Source: Carcharhinus amblyrhynchos
Taxonomy: Eukaryota
NCBI GenBank assembly: GCA_965287045.1
Contig: OZ336903.1
Location: 806,001 to 870,000 of the forward strand
Direction: 5' to 3'
Length of the DNA stretch: 64,000 bases
Both the position numbers and the translations under genes were made by a program. The notes beneath the pieces are model-generated. The model was not told where the DNA came from, made no database searches, and was given only the letters and a program-made list of their open reading frames with translations. This document shows positions 1 to 13,000 of this stretch, piece by piece. How positions within the stretch are numbered: position 1 is the stretch's first letter; each line of letters opens with the position of its first letter.

Positions 1-49
1 AAATTAAACAGAATCTCGGACCGGCTAATTCAGGAAATAAACGTCTTTC

Positions 50-936
50 GAAAAATTCATTAACTGAGACCGTCAATTTGTAAGTACGTAAATACAAGAA
101 GTGTTGGTAAAACTGAACAATTTAAACGCAATTTTCCAAGGGGAGATTAAGAATGAAATGTTTAAATGTAGACCCACCTCACTCACGCTGTTTTCAGCCT
201 GCGAACGTGCTGTATTCTTCTATGTGAGGTCCACAACTTATTTTCAATAAGGTCGTTGAAATGTGAGTTGCAGATTCGTTGGTCTGTTGGCGACCTCTAG
301 CTGTAGGGGAGAAAACATTAACTGTGTGGTATCAGGAACTATCTCCTCCTAGATCATGCCTACCAATGACTAACAGCAAGCAATCCATCCAGAAACCCTA
401 TTCTTCCTGATATTATTCGGATCTAAACAAGCAAACGCCAAAAAACTCGCCTTCCACCAAACATGCACAACCCTCTACTAATCTATCCCAATTTGCACAG
501 CACTCAGAAAGCTTGGCATCATCCATGAAAAATTGGCCAACTTGACTATGTGCCGTCGATCAAATAGATTCTCCACTCATCTCGTCCTATTGCCTGCAGT
601 GTGCAGCGTTTAAAAGATGCACTGCAGCAAATCAACATGGTCACTTCCACAACACAGTCCAAACCGAGAAATCTACCAGATCGATGGATAAATTTGTAGA
701 GATATCGGGAGATCATCACAAATCATGATCTCTCCCAGCCACTCACCATCCTGACATGGGGGAAAAAGTGCCGTTCTTACACTACTGCTCGGGTAAAATG
801 ATGGAACAGCCCTCCCGAACAGGACCTGCACCATATGGACTGCAGCAGTTCAAGGAACCAGTTCATAACAGATTCTCTATGGCAGTTAGTGATAGACAGT
901 GTATGGCAGCTGATGCAAGAACGCCGTCAATTGAAC
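50..936 (+). repeat. Left arm of long imperfect inverted repeat (partner ~2355-3335)
   Basis: gtgttggtaaaactgaacaatttaaacgcaattttccaaggggagattaag (101-151) is nearly the reverse complement of 3234-3284; matching continues collinearly to ~936/2355. The inner part resembles a decayed L2/CR1-clade LINE 3' end. Confidence 0.9.
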
Positions 937-1090
937 CTGGGTCCCTGGAGCTGTGAGGCAGCAGTGCTAACTACTGTGCCACCCTTCATAATAATACAAA
1001 TGTTATTGTTATTATTAATAATATTATCCATCATTATTATTGTCCACGTCATACCATCATCAAGATTATTGAACAATATTAACTTTCTCA

Positions 1091-1380
1091 GGGCGGTACA
1101 GTGGCGCTGCGACCTCCCAGCACCAGGGATCCAGAGTTAATTGCGGTCCCGGGTGACCGTGTAGGGTTTACACATCGTCCCGTTTTTGCGTGAGGTCCCT
1201 GGCATTTTGCAGTTTTCATCCCACAGTGCGGGTTAGGTTGAATGGCCTTGTTAAATTGTCCCTTGGTGTCGGACAGATTGGCGGGTTAAATATGTGTCAC
1301 AGGGATGGGGCGCAGGTAGGATTGTTGTCGGGCAAGCTCGATGGGCCGAATGGTCTCTTTCTACACTGTCGTGATTCTAT
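1091..1380 (+). mobile_element. tRNA-derived HE1-type SINE (decayed)
   Basis: gggcggtacagtgg...cagcaccagggatcc head, gtgcgggttaggttgaatggcc body and gggccgaatggtctc...gattctat LINE-derived tail. A reversed SINE head lies at ~933-985. Confidence 0.7.
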
Positions 1381-2354
1381 GATTATTGTTTCAATTATTC
1401 TGCTGCTAATATTACTATTAATCATAAAATCATGGGTGATCTGGACCCATTACCTCTGTTCTGATAAATGTCCTATTCCAATAAGGAAGAATTTGATTCC
1501 TTTCTGATCAGTCAATAGACTGTGGTCCACACAACAACCATCACAAGCTGCCGTTATCTGAAGTCACATCCTGACCCATTATCGTCACCGTTAGCACCAT
1601 GTCAGTGACCCACTTCACCCCTTTCCATAACACCTTTACCTCAAATAAGAATTCCCACTTGTTCAAGCTTCATATCAACAGCAAATACATCTTTGTGTCC
1701 CAGAAGCTTTCAGCATTTGGAAACATTTCGCTTCTCCCAGTTCTCAGTGTTTCGTTCTGTGTACATTAACAACACTGTCTTTCATGTAAATCTTTCCATG
1801 CAAGATTCTTGGAGTTAAGTTGTTCTCTTGCCTGTGCTGTCTTTTAATTTTCCAGGAATCAACATATCTTGCTGTTTCAAACAATCATTTTCTATTTTTT
1901 TCCCTGTTCCAACACCGCGCTCACTGATCAAAGCAAATATTGGGGAGAATGGGTTTGCACTGCACAAGGAAAATCTTCATCAACCTGGTCAGCTTCTAAA
2001 ACCGGCAGACAGAGGTGAAATGCACTCTGACATTTGGTCAGTTGCTGCTGGAGGGAAGGGTGGATGTGTTAGAGCCACTGCAGTGTAGGCTGCTAATAAA
2101 TTCATAGTGTTGTTAGAAAGCGATTGGATTGATTTGGGTCCATCAACATTGACCGAATGGTGATATGGATGAGTTTCAATGTTCTGGTTTTGACAGATCA
2201 GCAGAGGCTCAGAATGAATCAAACATTCTTAAAGCTCTGTTACTGGAAATGGTGAAAAATGTGAGCCACTCTGGAAGATAAGTGAAATGTGAGTAAATAT
2301 TATTTCATTTGGAAATGTATATGTCGCCCAGCAATGTCTTTGAACTGGATTTTG

Positions 2355-3335
2355 ATTCCATCTGACGGTGTTCTTGTATTGGCTGGCATACACTGTCTTT
2401 CGCTAACTGCCATTGAGAATCTGTTATGAAATGTTTTCTTAAACTGCTACAGTCTATATGGTGCAGGTCATGCTGGGGCCGGGGGGAGGGGTGTGGGGGT
2501 GGGGGGGGGGGTGCGGGGAACTGCGGGGGCGGAGGGGGGGGCGGCGGTGGTGGAACTGCGGGGGGCTGTTCCATCATTGTCCCCGAGCAGCAGTGTAAGA
2601 AAGGTAATATTTTTCCATGTCAGGATAGTGAGTGGCTACGAGAGATAATGATTTGTGATGATGTCCCGATATCTCTACAAATTTGCCCATCTAGCTGGTA
2701 GATTTCGCGTTTTAGACTGTGTTGTGGAAGTGACCATATTGCTTTGCTGCAGTGCATCTTATAAACGCTGCACACTACAGGCAATGGGACGGGATGAGTG
2801 GAGAATATATTTGATCGACGGCTCGTCACTCATGCTGGCCAATTTTTCATAGATGATGCCAAGCTTTCTGATTGCTGTGCACATTGGTTTGGATTCGGTC
2901 GAGGGTTCTGCCTGTTTGGTGGACGGCGAGTTTTATTTTTGGCGTTTGCTTGGCTTGTTTAGATCCGAATAATATCAGGAAGAATAGGGTTTCTGGACGG
3001 ATTGCTTGCTGTTAGTTACTGGCAGTAATGATCCAGGAGGAGATAGTTCCTGATACCACGCAGTTAATGTTTTGTTCCCAACAGCTAGAGGCCGTCACTA
3101 CACAAACGAATCTGCAACTCACTTTTCAACTATTTTAATAAAAATAAGTTGTTGACCACACATAGAGGAATAAAACACATTCACCGGCAGAAAACAGCGC
3201 GAGTGAGGTGGGTCGACATTTAAACATTCCTTTCTTAATCTCCCCTTGGAAAATTGCGTTTAAATTGTTCAATTTTACCAACACTTCTGGTATTTATGTA
3301 CTGATAAAATGACAGACACAGCTAATGAATATTTC
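2355..3335 (-). repeat. Right arm of long imperfect inverted repeat, with a G-rich tract at ~2476-2570
   Basis: Reverse complement of ~50-936; the G-run tract is absent from the left arm. Confidence 0.9.
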
Positions 3336-3643
3336 TGTTTTAATGACCGTAACAACCGAAGGGTCTTCAGAATTGTCGGGCGATAGTGGAGGTGCCTACC
3401 TGGAGGACATGGAAACGAATGGATTACTGGATATAAAGTTTGATGAATTAAAATGAAGAAGAAATTTGGAAATCTGACTACCATCTTCACATCTCCCGGC
3501 GCCCTCAGTGGTCCCGAGTGCGAGCGGTAGCGCTGGCATACAACATCCTGTTGTATTTAGTTGCTGGGGAAATGTTGTGGACCCTCCCCCTCTCTTCAGT
3601 GACAATCCAGATTACAGTAAATGAAGATGACGGAAACAAAACG

Positions 3644-3669
3644 TTTATTTATCATTTCTAACCTTTATT
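3644..3669 (-). terminator. Two AATAAA polyadenylation signals of the SRCR receptor gene
   Basis: tttatt at 3644-3649 and 3664-3669, about 350-380 nt beyond the predicted stop codon at 4022. Confidence 0.55.
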
Positions 3670-4021
3670 TAATGGCATAAGAAGGAAAGTTTTTACAAAA
3701 TAATTTTCAAATGCACTTGACAAATATTGCATCAAATCATGAGTCATAATAGTGACTCCGTTCCACAATGCAATGCGATGTAACAGCTTTAATATGGACA
3801 GTGCAATGCTCGAAATACATTCTAAGTTGTTTCCCATTGTTCATTGAATGGAAAGTATCTATTTTCACGCAAAGCGAAGAGAGAAATCATAATTCAGCAA
3901 GCACAACATGAAGTAATGTCCAATTAATTTTAAACAACAGCAACATTTATATCTGGAGTTACAGTATATTCAACATGGCGATATTTGTGGAAAAGTGAAG
4001 GGGCGTCCCCTTTAATTTAAG

Positions 4022-4068
4022 TCATATGTCTGAGGACGTCACATCCTGTATTTGTTGATGTCGATGAT
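4022..4068 (-). CDS. SRCR receptor terminal coding exon ([15 protein letters not shown])
   Basis: Acceptor ttttaccgtttcag, phase 1, TGA at 4024-4022, poly(A) signals downstream. Confidence 0.6.
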
Positions 4069-7000
4069 CTGAAACGGTAAAATAAAAATATATAAGAATT
4101 CCAACCATTTCCACAATCAGGTCAACACTTTACAAGTACTTGTGTTATATTCCAGTTCAACTGTCAGTTTCTTTCTATCAAATCCACACTGCACATTCTC
4201 TCTGATACTTTCAATGTAATGTACCACTGAAAATACTGCAGGAAATCACAAAGCAGAAACCATGTGGGACAGGTCGCATCCCTATACTGCAGCCCTCCCA
4301 TTGGAAAATGTCACAAAGTACGGTTTAACATTATAATGTATACTTCGAAGATGAATGGTCGCTGTCCAATGGTGGTTAAGAGCCTGTGCGTATGCCACAG
4401 ACAGCATTATTTTTCTCAGCTGTCATAAAAGGAACGCATAAGACGGGATTAATGCGGATCTCGTGAGTACTGTGGGGGTAAAGAAACTTTTCATGAAATT
4501 TGGGCTGAAAATATCTGTTTTGTTTGATACAATTCGCGGCAGGAACTCAAACCAAATGCCAAATTATTATTTGATTGGCTGGAATTCACTTCAAACCAGA
4601 GCGATTATATTCCACACAAGAGGGCGGGAGGCTGCAGTAATATTCGGAAGTGATAATCAACTCAGAATGTTCTCTCAGCATTGGGATTCCATGAAGGACA
4701 TCAGAAAGTGACCGGGATTTCCTGGTAATATCCATGAAATTCTAACTTTCAACCTGAAGTCAAGTGTGTTCCTTAAATTAGTGAGCAACTAAACATTGCA
4801 GTTTTGATTGGGTGAATTTTAATGGTAGGTTGAAAACAAGTTTTCACAGCCCCTCAGCTGGAACTAGTTCATTAGAAAGCAGGATTAATGTAGCTTCAGA
4901 AGCTATGGGTCAAAAACAGAAAGCTCCTTCACTGTGACCTTGTCTGTAGCTTCCTGAAACATGGAGTCACAAGGACTGAGCTTGATGGAATGATGTAATT
5001 TAACTTAAAGGTTAATTTCAATCCAAATGTCTAATGTAAAGGGTAATTTAAATCTAAATGATAACTACAAGCATGCGGGGATAATTTTAGGAGGAAAGTC
5101 TAAATAGTTTTGCGTTACGTGCATTTGGTATTCAGAAGAATGAGAGGTGATCTCATTGAAACATAGGATTGTAATGGGGATTGACAAGGTAAACGCTGAG
5201 AGGATGCCGTCCCCATTAAAGATTCTAGCGCCAGACTGAGGAGTCTCAGTATTAAGGGACACCAACATAAGACTGAAATTTACAGGATTTTCTCCTCTGA
5301 GTGGGTGGTGAATCTTGGCACAGAGAGCTGTGGAGACAGAGTCCCTGTGCACAGTTAAGGCTGAGATAGGCAGATTGTTGATGAATAAATGAATCAAGGG
5401 TGACGGGGAAGGGGGAAGAGAGTCAATATGAAGAATGTCTGATCAGTCATGATCCGGTGAAGGAGTGAACCAGTCTCGAGGGGCTGAACGGCCTAAGCAT
5501 GTTGCAATTTCTTATTAAATTATTTTATACTGATCCCAATCGACATTCTACGAAGCGGAACAATGAATGATTTATCTCACCCAGAGTGCCGCCGTCACCG
5601 CTAGAACTCTCCGAAGTGAAGATACCGTCAGGGCTCTGGTTCAGCAGCAAGTGCCCACTCTGGGAGTCAATGGTTTCAGTCTCAGCGTCGTCATAGTCTG
5701 TCAAAGCAGGAGCTTAGAGGTAATAGCATTTGATTATAGCAATATATAGCTGAGAGATAATAACAATTAATTAGTAATGAATGACAGTTAGAATCCTACC
5801 CTTAAATGTCTATTACCTCAACAATTATGGGACAGAAAGAAGTGTGTCTCTCATGGTGTGGAAATCACTGAGTTTGGGCGCGAAGAGTTATTAGGCTAAA
5901 TTTTGTCGTAGCATTTTCAAAATTTCGTTTGATATAATAACCTTGCTAATAATTCACCAATCTCATACACCCACACACATTTCACAGCCCAAAATGGCTA
6001 CTGGGAAATGCTAGAACTTTTTTAAAAAAAGTTAAAATTCTTTTTTTTTCGGAAGAAAGCAAACTTCATTTCAATTGCTGCGAAGTACCATAAAACATTG
6101 TTTCAGGCTCAGAAGTTCTGGAACTGAAATTATTCTAAAATGTCTGAGCTACTTGGCGCTGTCATTTCATGGTGTGCACGTCATTATGTACACGTTTGGA
6201 GATTTCAGAAGCTATTTCAGATATTACAGAGTGAGAAGACTCGGAAGGAAATGGTCGGATGTGAACTTCGACCTACCCGGAACACAGGAGGAATCCACTG
6301 CAGGATATTCTGATCCAGGATCCGTGTGTCCCAAACTGTGACTGGTGTAATATTCAATCTGATCGAAGGAGTCAATGCTTGAAGAAACTGGTCAGCACAA
6401 AATAATTGGTTATTAGGCAAATTGTTTGCGGTTGATTCATTACGTTCTTATGATGATCAAGAACGATTCAGAAAGTCAAAGTCGATATCGCAACAATGTC
6501 AACGCCACTGTGACAATGTCCTGACATTTGATCGTGGCACCAGTTTGGGAGAACAGTGAACAGACTGAATGCAGTGGTTTAAGGGGAAGAGCCAGCGCCA
6601 CATTACTGGGGCAACTATGGATGGATTAATGATGTCACTCTGCTTCTGAACAGTCCAATGTGTGAGATATCAGTGAACAGAAAATATTGTAAAGAACAAA
6701 TCTGTTCCGGCTGGGTGAGTGGACAGGGTTTTCTGATACAGAATCTCTTCCCACTTCCATATTGTTTCCCTGCCCTTTATCTCCAGAGATGAAAATCCAT
6801 CAGGAGTGAAAATAACTCATGGAGGTCGCAGGCAAGACACAAGAAAGAGCAGAAATAGTCTAAATTGGAACATTATTTTCATTCTGTTCAGTCATTCTGG
6901 ATGAATCTCAGTCCTCAATACTGCTAACATTCTTGTAAATTATTTTCAAACCTCTCCTGTTTCCTGTAGCCTTTCAATAACATCATGCTCAGACTCATAC

Positions 7001-10000
7001 AATCCACTCCACTATCTGGTTGATTTTTATCTTCACGTTTTGCTACATGTTGATTGTATATAAACGCCACATACTTTGTGGATGCTGGCAATCGCAAAAA
7101 AAAAACAGAAAAAGCAGACAAAGTCAGCCAGGCTGGCATGAAGAAAAGTCATAAAAACGCACTGTTGAACGTGTTTCTCTCTCCAGCCCTTCTGAGATGG
7201 CCAACATTTCCTTCTCTTTTGTTTTCTTTAAAAATGAACCTTGTGTTTGTTTTGGTTTCACTGAACTTTCTCAGATACATTTTGCATCGAGTCATTTTTG
7301 GACCACAACATTTTAGTACATTTTATGAGGTATTTTACTGATATTCGCTAAATATTTTCATGAAGCGGGTTGATGGGTTTTTGATAAGAGAGGGGATTAA
7401 GGGTTATGAGGAGAGGGCCGGAAAGTGGAACTGAGCCACGACAGATCAGCCATGATCTTATTGAATGGCGGGGCAGGCTCGAAGGGCCAGATGGCCTACT
7501 CCTGCTCCTATTTCTTATGTTCTCATGTTCTTATTTCTTTCTCACTGTGTTTTAAATTATCTCTTGCTTTTGTTGACGTTCTGTTTTCAATCGTATGTCT
7601 TATAATAGCAAGTGAGTTAACGTTTTCTGATAATTTGCTTCAGTACTTGTCAGACCAGCAAAATTTACTACCACTTTTAAAATGTGTTTGGAAACATTAA
7701 GATATTGTAAGAAATCATAACCATGTGATCCCAGTACCCATTTGTGTAGACCACCAGTTCTAATCTTCTTCCGACTATATAAACATTTAGCCCATAAATT
7801 AATAGATTATTACAGAAAACTGGTTCTAATTTTAAGATCGCCCCATGATTCTGTACACAGGGAGCAAACACTTGCATCCAATGTAATTTACTGCCTAACT
7901 GATGAATCCTCCTCAGCGAAGCAGTTTTTAAGTGCATTCACTATTGCAACGTATAAACGCAGAAAACGTTTTGGGTCTTGCACTATTCCAATGCAAATGA
8001 CAAGAAAGAAAGAAACAACAAAAACGCAGGAACTTAACTTTGCCAATTTTCTCAAGGGGTAAGTATTTTTCAGGTCTACCCTCAGTAGAATATTGGCCAT
8101 GGATGATAGTTCCAATGAAATGTCATATCACCAATAGTACAACACCTTCTCAGCACTGCAAATCGTGTCAGACTTGATTTCCTGGACCGAATTCTGGAAT
8201 GGAACTTGGACCTGGAAACATCTGAGTCAGAGGCATGATTGTCATGGACTAAAATGGAGCTGACCGTTATATTCTGTTCCCATCCGTTTGTGTATGAGTT
8301 TGTTGTTTCACACACAAATTTTGGACAACTGGAAGAATGCATTTATGGTGTTAATCATAATTTGCCAGTTGCCATTTGTACGAATTTCATGCTGTTATTA
8401 TCTGAGAAAGGTCATGAAAGATGTACTGATTGTTCTTTATAATTTTTGACATGCAGATATATTTTTCTCACTCTGTCGGAATTGGATTAATGTTCCTGCT
8501 AATAATGCTCAGCAGATTGATGTATATTTTCCTAACCACGTTCCTTTTTCCTTTCTAATCATGGTGTCAATATTTGTTCTCCATCAGTAGTGTAGTATTA
8601 CACTCCTTAGTAGTGATTCGGTGTAAAATTGGAATGGTCCGTCTGCTAGAATTTTCCTTTCTTTGCAAATGCATGGATGAAAAAAAAATGATCTTAAAGC
8701 GTTGGGTGCAAATGGCTTTTGTTTTTGCAAATCTACCATCGCTATTCAAATCTTCTGCCATCACATGTTTAAGTGTTATCATGATACAAAGTGCAGAAAA
8801 AAATCTTTAATATTCCTGCCATTGCATTATTTTGCAATTAAAACAGTGCTGGACGAACACATATGAAGTTATTCTGAATTGCCAAACTTATTTCTCCCTT
8901 CATTGGATATCGTGTTAATTTATTTAACAACCAATGATTTTACTGTTTTAATGAACTTTGTCATCTTAACTAATTGTGTTCTCTCTCCTTCATTTTTCGT
9001 CACCTCCCTTATACTGGTTTGCTACCCACAAAAAAACAACACCCCCACCACCCTCCACCCCTCCCCCCCCCCGCCCCCCGCCACCTCCCCGCCCACACGC
9101 GCTATCCTCCTTGTTCTTGTTGTGTAATGTCTTCCATTCGTTTTTTTTTCCTTGCTTTTCAATGAAAATATATGTTTTCCACACGTCGGCTGAAAATCAT
9201 TTTAAAACTTTAAAGTTAAGCAAAAAAAAACAACCTTAATGTACTCCAGACATTTGCCCAGACAGCAGTGATCCTGTAAATCGTATCAGCAGTAACGTGT
9301 TTGATTGATTTATGTTCAATCAAACAGTGTATCCATGGTGTTTTAAAACTGAACCTTGATGGACGAAAGGAGTAGCCTATTTGGAATTTGGAAACAACTA
9401 ATCTGCTCGCTATTTTTACACAGGTGACAAAAAACCCTCTTCAGCAATAAAGGAGATTGGAAATCTAATCAAATCCGTTCATCCTCTAAAACCTATTGAG
9501 GCTTTGTGTCCTTTCTCCTTTCCATTTGAAGGATGAGGAAATGGTGTCATCAACTGACAGTTAAGGGAGGGAAACCTGAAGTTTTCAGCGTAGCTTGGGT
9601 TTGAAATGAAGTAAAAATACAAACCTGAAGCACGGAACTCAGTGGAAACCTTGCCAGGCGGAATGTCATCTATTTCTTCATAAATGGCTTGGTCCAAACC
9701 AGAAGGTGGATCCCTGACGCCTGTTGAAGGTCCTGCTGCAGGGGGATTGAGACTGTTAGTATATTGTTAGATTTGCAATTAGAAATATCGTTCCTCATTA
9801 GCATTAATTTCACATCTCACTATTTGCTGAGGCCAGAATAGAACTAGGCCTGGAGAGTTTTTGTCTTGCTACCCTGGGTCATTAATAAAGTGATGATACC
9901 ACTGTGTCCATCACAAGGGGAACTGAACCATTTTCAGCCCATGTAGGTCGGCAGATAAAATATTGATCACAAATACTCGGTGTGAGTTCAGAGGGAGGCT

Positions 10001-13000
10001 GTAGTTGTGTTTATCTGTTCAAAACTAATGGCGCACAAGGCAATCTTTAACTAAATTCCTTCATCAGTTTTTTTTAACATCGAGCAGATCACCAACTTGC
10101 CACCACACCAAACACGATCGAACAAAACTCTCTCCCGCTCCCACCGCCTGGCATTATGATTTGGAAAGACTTTGCAGCATTATTTTTTTTATTATGTTGT
10201 TGGTCTGCAGTGTTGGGACCGAAAACTAAATCTTCTGTCTCAGAGAGAGGGGCGCTACTCACTGAGCATCCAGCATTGAACCTGCAGTTCTCCAGTATTG
10301 GCTGCGATAGGATGCAGAATTTGCACCGATGATTGTGGAACTTAATTTAAAAAGTATCACATCACATCTCAAAATGGATTGAATTCAAGTAGAGAGGTTA
10401 ACACTGGACATAAATCGCAAAGCATAGGGTTGCAACCAATAGTAAACTGAAATGAAATATAAGTTACCAAATGTTTACCGAAATCAGAGTGCAAATTGTT
10501 TGAATTTAAATTTTTGGTCTATTCTTAGAAGAAAAAATGAAGTGTATTTCGAGTCTCAGAGACGAGTGGATAAACCAGGAATATAAATGTGGATACACAC
10601 TCACTTAAATGTTATATTTCTGTCTTTGCCAAGCAGCTTGGAAGAAACCATTGGCTGGATAATTTGTTTCTCACATGGACAGGAGACATTCTGCGGGAAC
10701 CAGCGTAGAAGAGAATCCCCTCGGGGGTTTGGAACAGTTATTGATGTTTCTGTGTTAGTTCAGGGATATGATTCGAGCCTTACCATTCATTGTTGATCTC
10801 CTCCTCATTACTGCCAAAAGGGCGATTAATTCACAGATCAACAGGACACCGAGTGATATGCAGATCATCAGAGGGATGGAAGTGTTTTCACCATCATGAC
10901 CTAATGAAATATTCAAGAAAGTATTTTCAGGTCAAATTCCATATTGTTTCTTAATGCTTACATGATTATCAATTGACAAAACGAAGCCAATGTTAACATG
11001 TCCCAGTTATGCATCTTAACATAAAATTAACATGAGTAGTTAATACTATTTATTAATAAGAAATACCTGAAGGTGTTGGTGATAAATCCGGACCTGATGA
11101 AAATATGGGAAACAAGACACAATTAATTGGGTTGATTGTTAGAAAGATATCTGAAAACATGATTCAAATTCAGAAAACAAGGACGGACCACCGTCACACA
11201 GTCCCAAACCACACCGCTCAGTGGGACACTTACCGGAACAAATCACACTGGCATCTTCCTTGTGATCACAGTCAGACTGAGCTAATGATGAAGGGCAGTC
11301 AAACAGAAAGGATTCACTTGCGGTACACTTCACCTCATCCAGCCAGATAGTACCGGTACCCTGCCCAAAAGCGGCCCCTCCTGTGGCCTCGAGAGCAGAG
11401 CCACAGCCCAGCTGTCTGCAGGCAACACTGGCTTCGTTCATATCCCAGGAATCATCACACACCGTGCCCCAGGCTCCATTACACCATATCTCTACTCTCC
11501 CGGAGCAATTCGTGTTACCTTCAGCCAAACGCAAACTTTGCCCTAAATTGGTCAAACAAAAACATATCAGTCATGGCATAGCACAAATGACGAATCAAAT
11601 GCATTTGCTAAAAATTAAGAATGTGAAATAACCTGATTCTCGCTTGCAGCCGTTGAGATTTTCCTGTTCTTTCTTTGGTGTGTCTCCCCCTGTTGATAAG
11701 ACAAACATGTTGACTCCATGAGCTACATCAATATTTCAAATCTCACCTGTAAGCAGAATGATTGATTGTGTTACCTGAACAAACGACACCTGCATCTTCC
11801 CCATGATCACAATTGTGTTGACCCCACGGGTCTGCCTGGCACTGCCAAAGGGTCGACTCGTGTGAAAGGCATTCCATCTCATCCAACCAAATCGGTCCTG
11901 ATCCTACTCCGAATGAACCAGCATAATAGTCGATGGAAACGAGTGTGCCGCAATCTAACTGTTTACAGATCACTGCTGCATCATGCCGATCCAGTTTCTC
12001 CGAGCAAACTGTTCCCCATGTCCCATTATAGAGCACCTCCACTCTCCCCTCACAGCGATGTGTTCCCTTCACCAAACGCAGCTCTTTGTGCTCTGTCAAT
12101 GAGATATGAAATATCCAGTTGATTCAATGCTCAATTCTGTATTCAGAGTGCAATGTATCACATATGTTGTGTCAGTTAAATTCATTGTTTACCGGTATTA
12201 ATTTACAACGGTCACAGAGAAAAAAAAATACACAACTGAAATCAAACGATATAACCACGAGTAAGCAACATTGAATTTCAATCGAAATATTTGTGTGATG
12301 GAGAAAAAGAGGAGTTTTTGTGCTAATTGGGGAGAGTTTGGTAAGTAGATCTCTGGATACATGTGACATAAAGGGTTCAAAATGCACTGATATAGGAAAT
12401 GAATGACAAAGAGACAGAAGGGAACACATCAAGACAGAGTGGACCACTCATTTGTCAATATTTCAGTCCAGAACAAACAGCACAAACAGGGTTTGGCCGA
12501 ATGACCTTCGTAACCGCTGTTCACATGCTATTCAGGAATATATCTTACTTATGAAGCTTCATTAATAACTGCAGAAAATGGGATCATTACCAGAGCACAT
12601 AATGTTCACATCTTCTTTATGATTACAGTCGTGATTACCCCACAGTGCATGGGGACATTTCCAGAGAAATGATTCATTCCCAGAACATTGCAGCTCATCC
12701 AACCAAATTGGCTCTGCGTCTGGTCCAGTCGAAGTCGGGAGAGGAAGCCACAATGCATTTCCACAACCCAGCTGCTTGCAAACCACATCCGCGTCTTTCA
12801 GATCCCAGGAATCATCACAAACTGAGCCCCAGATCCCATTGTGATAGATCTCCAATCTCCCAGCACAAAGCGTTCCACCGCCAGAGAGCCTCAGCTGCCT
12901 ATGTCCTAACAGAAAATATACAGTGTCATATTATACTTTCAATATATTAACCTCATTGCTAAATTAAAACTATTGGATAATATAGATCTAAATGAGAACC

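Noticed and set aside
2305-2701. Poly-Pro and poly-Gly ORFs
   Set aside because: G-run low-complexity tract inside a decayed LINE remnant.
10605-10749. Open exon-like segment after the TM exon (ETSITVPNP...RNITF)
   Set aside because: It would need a ~34-nt intron and ends in phase 2, breaking the frame.
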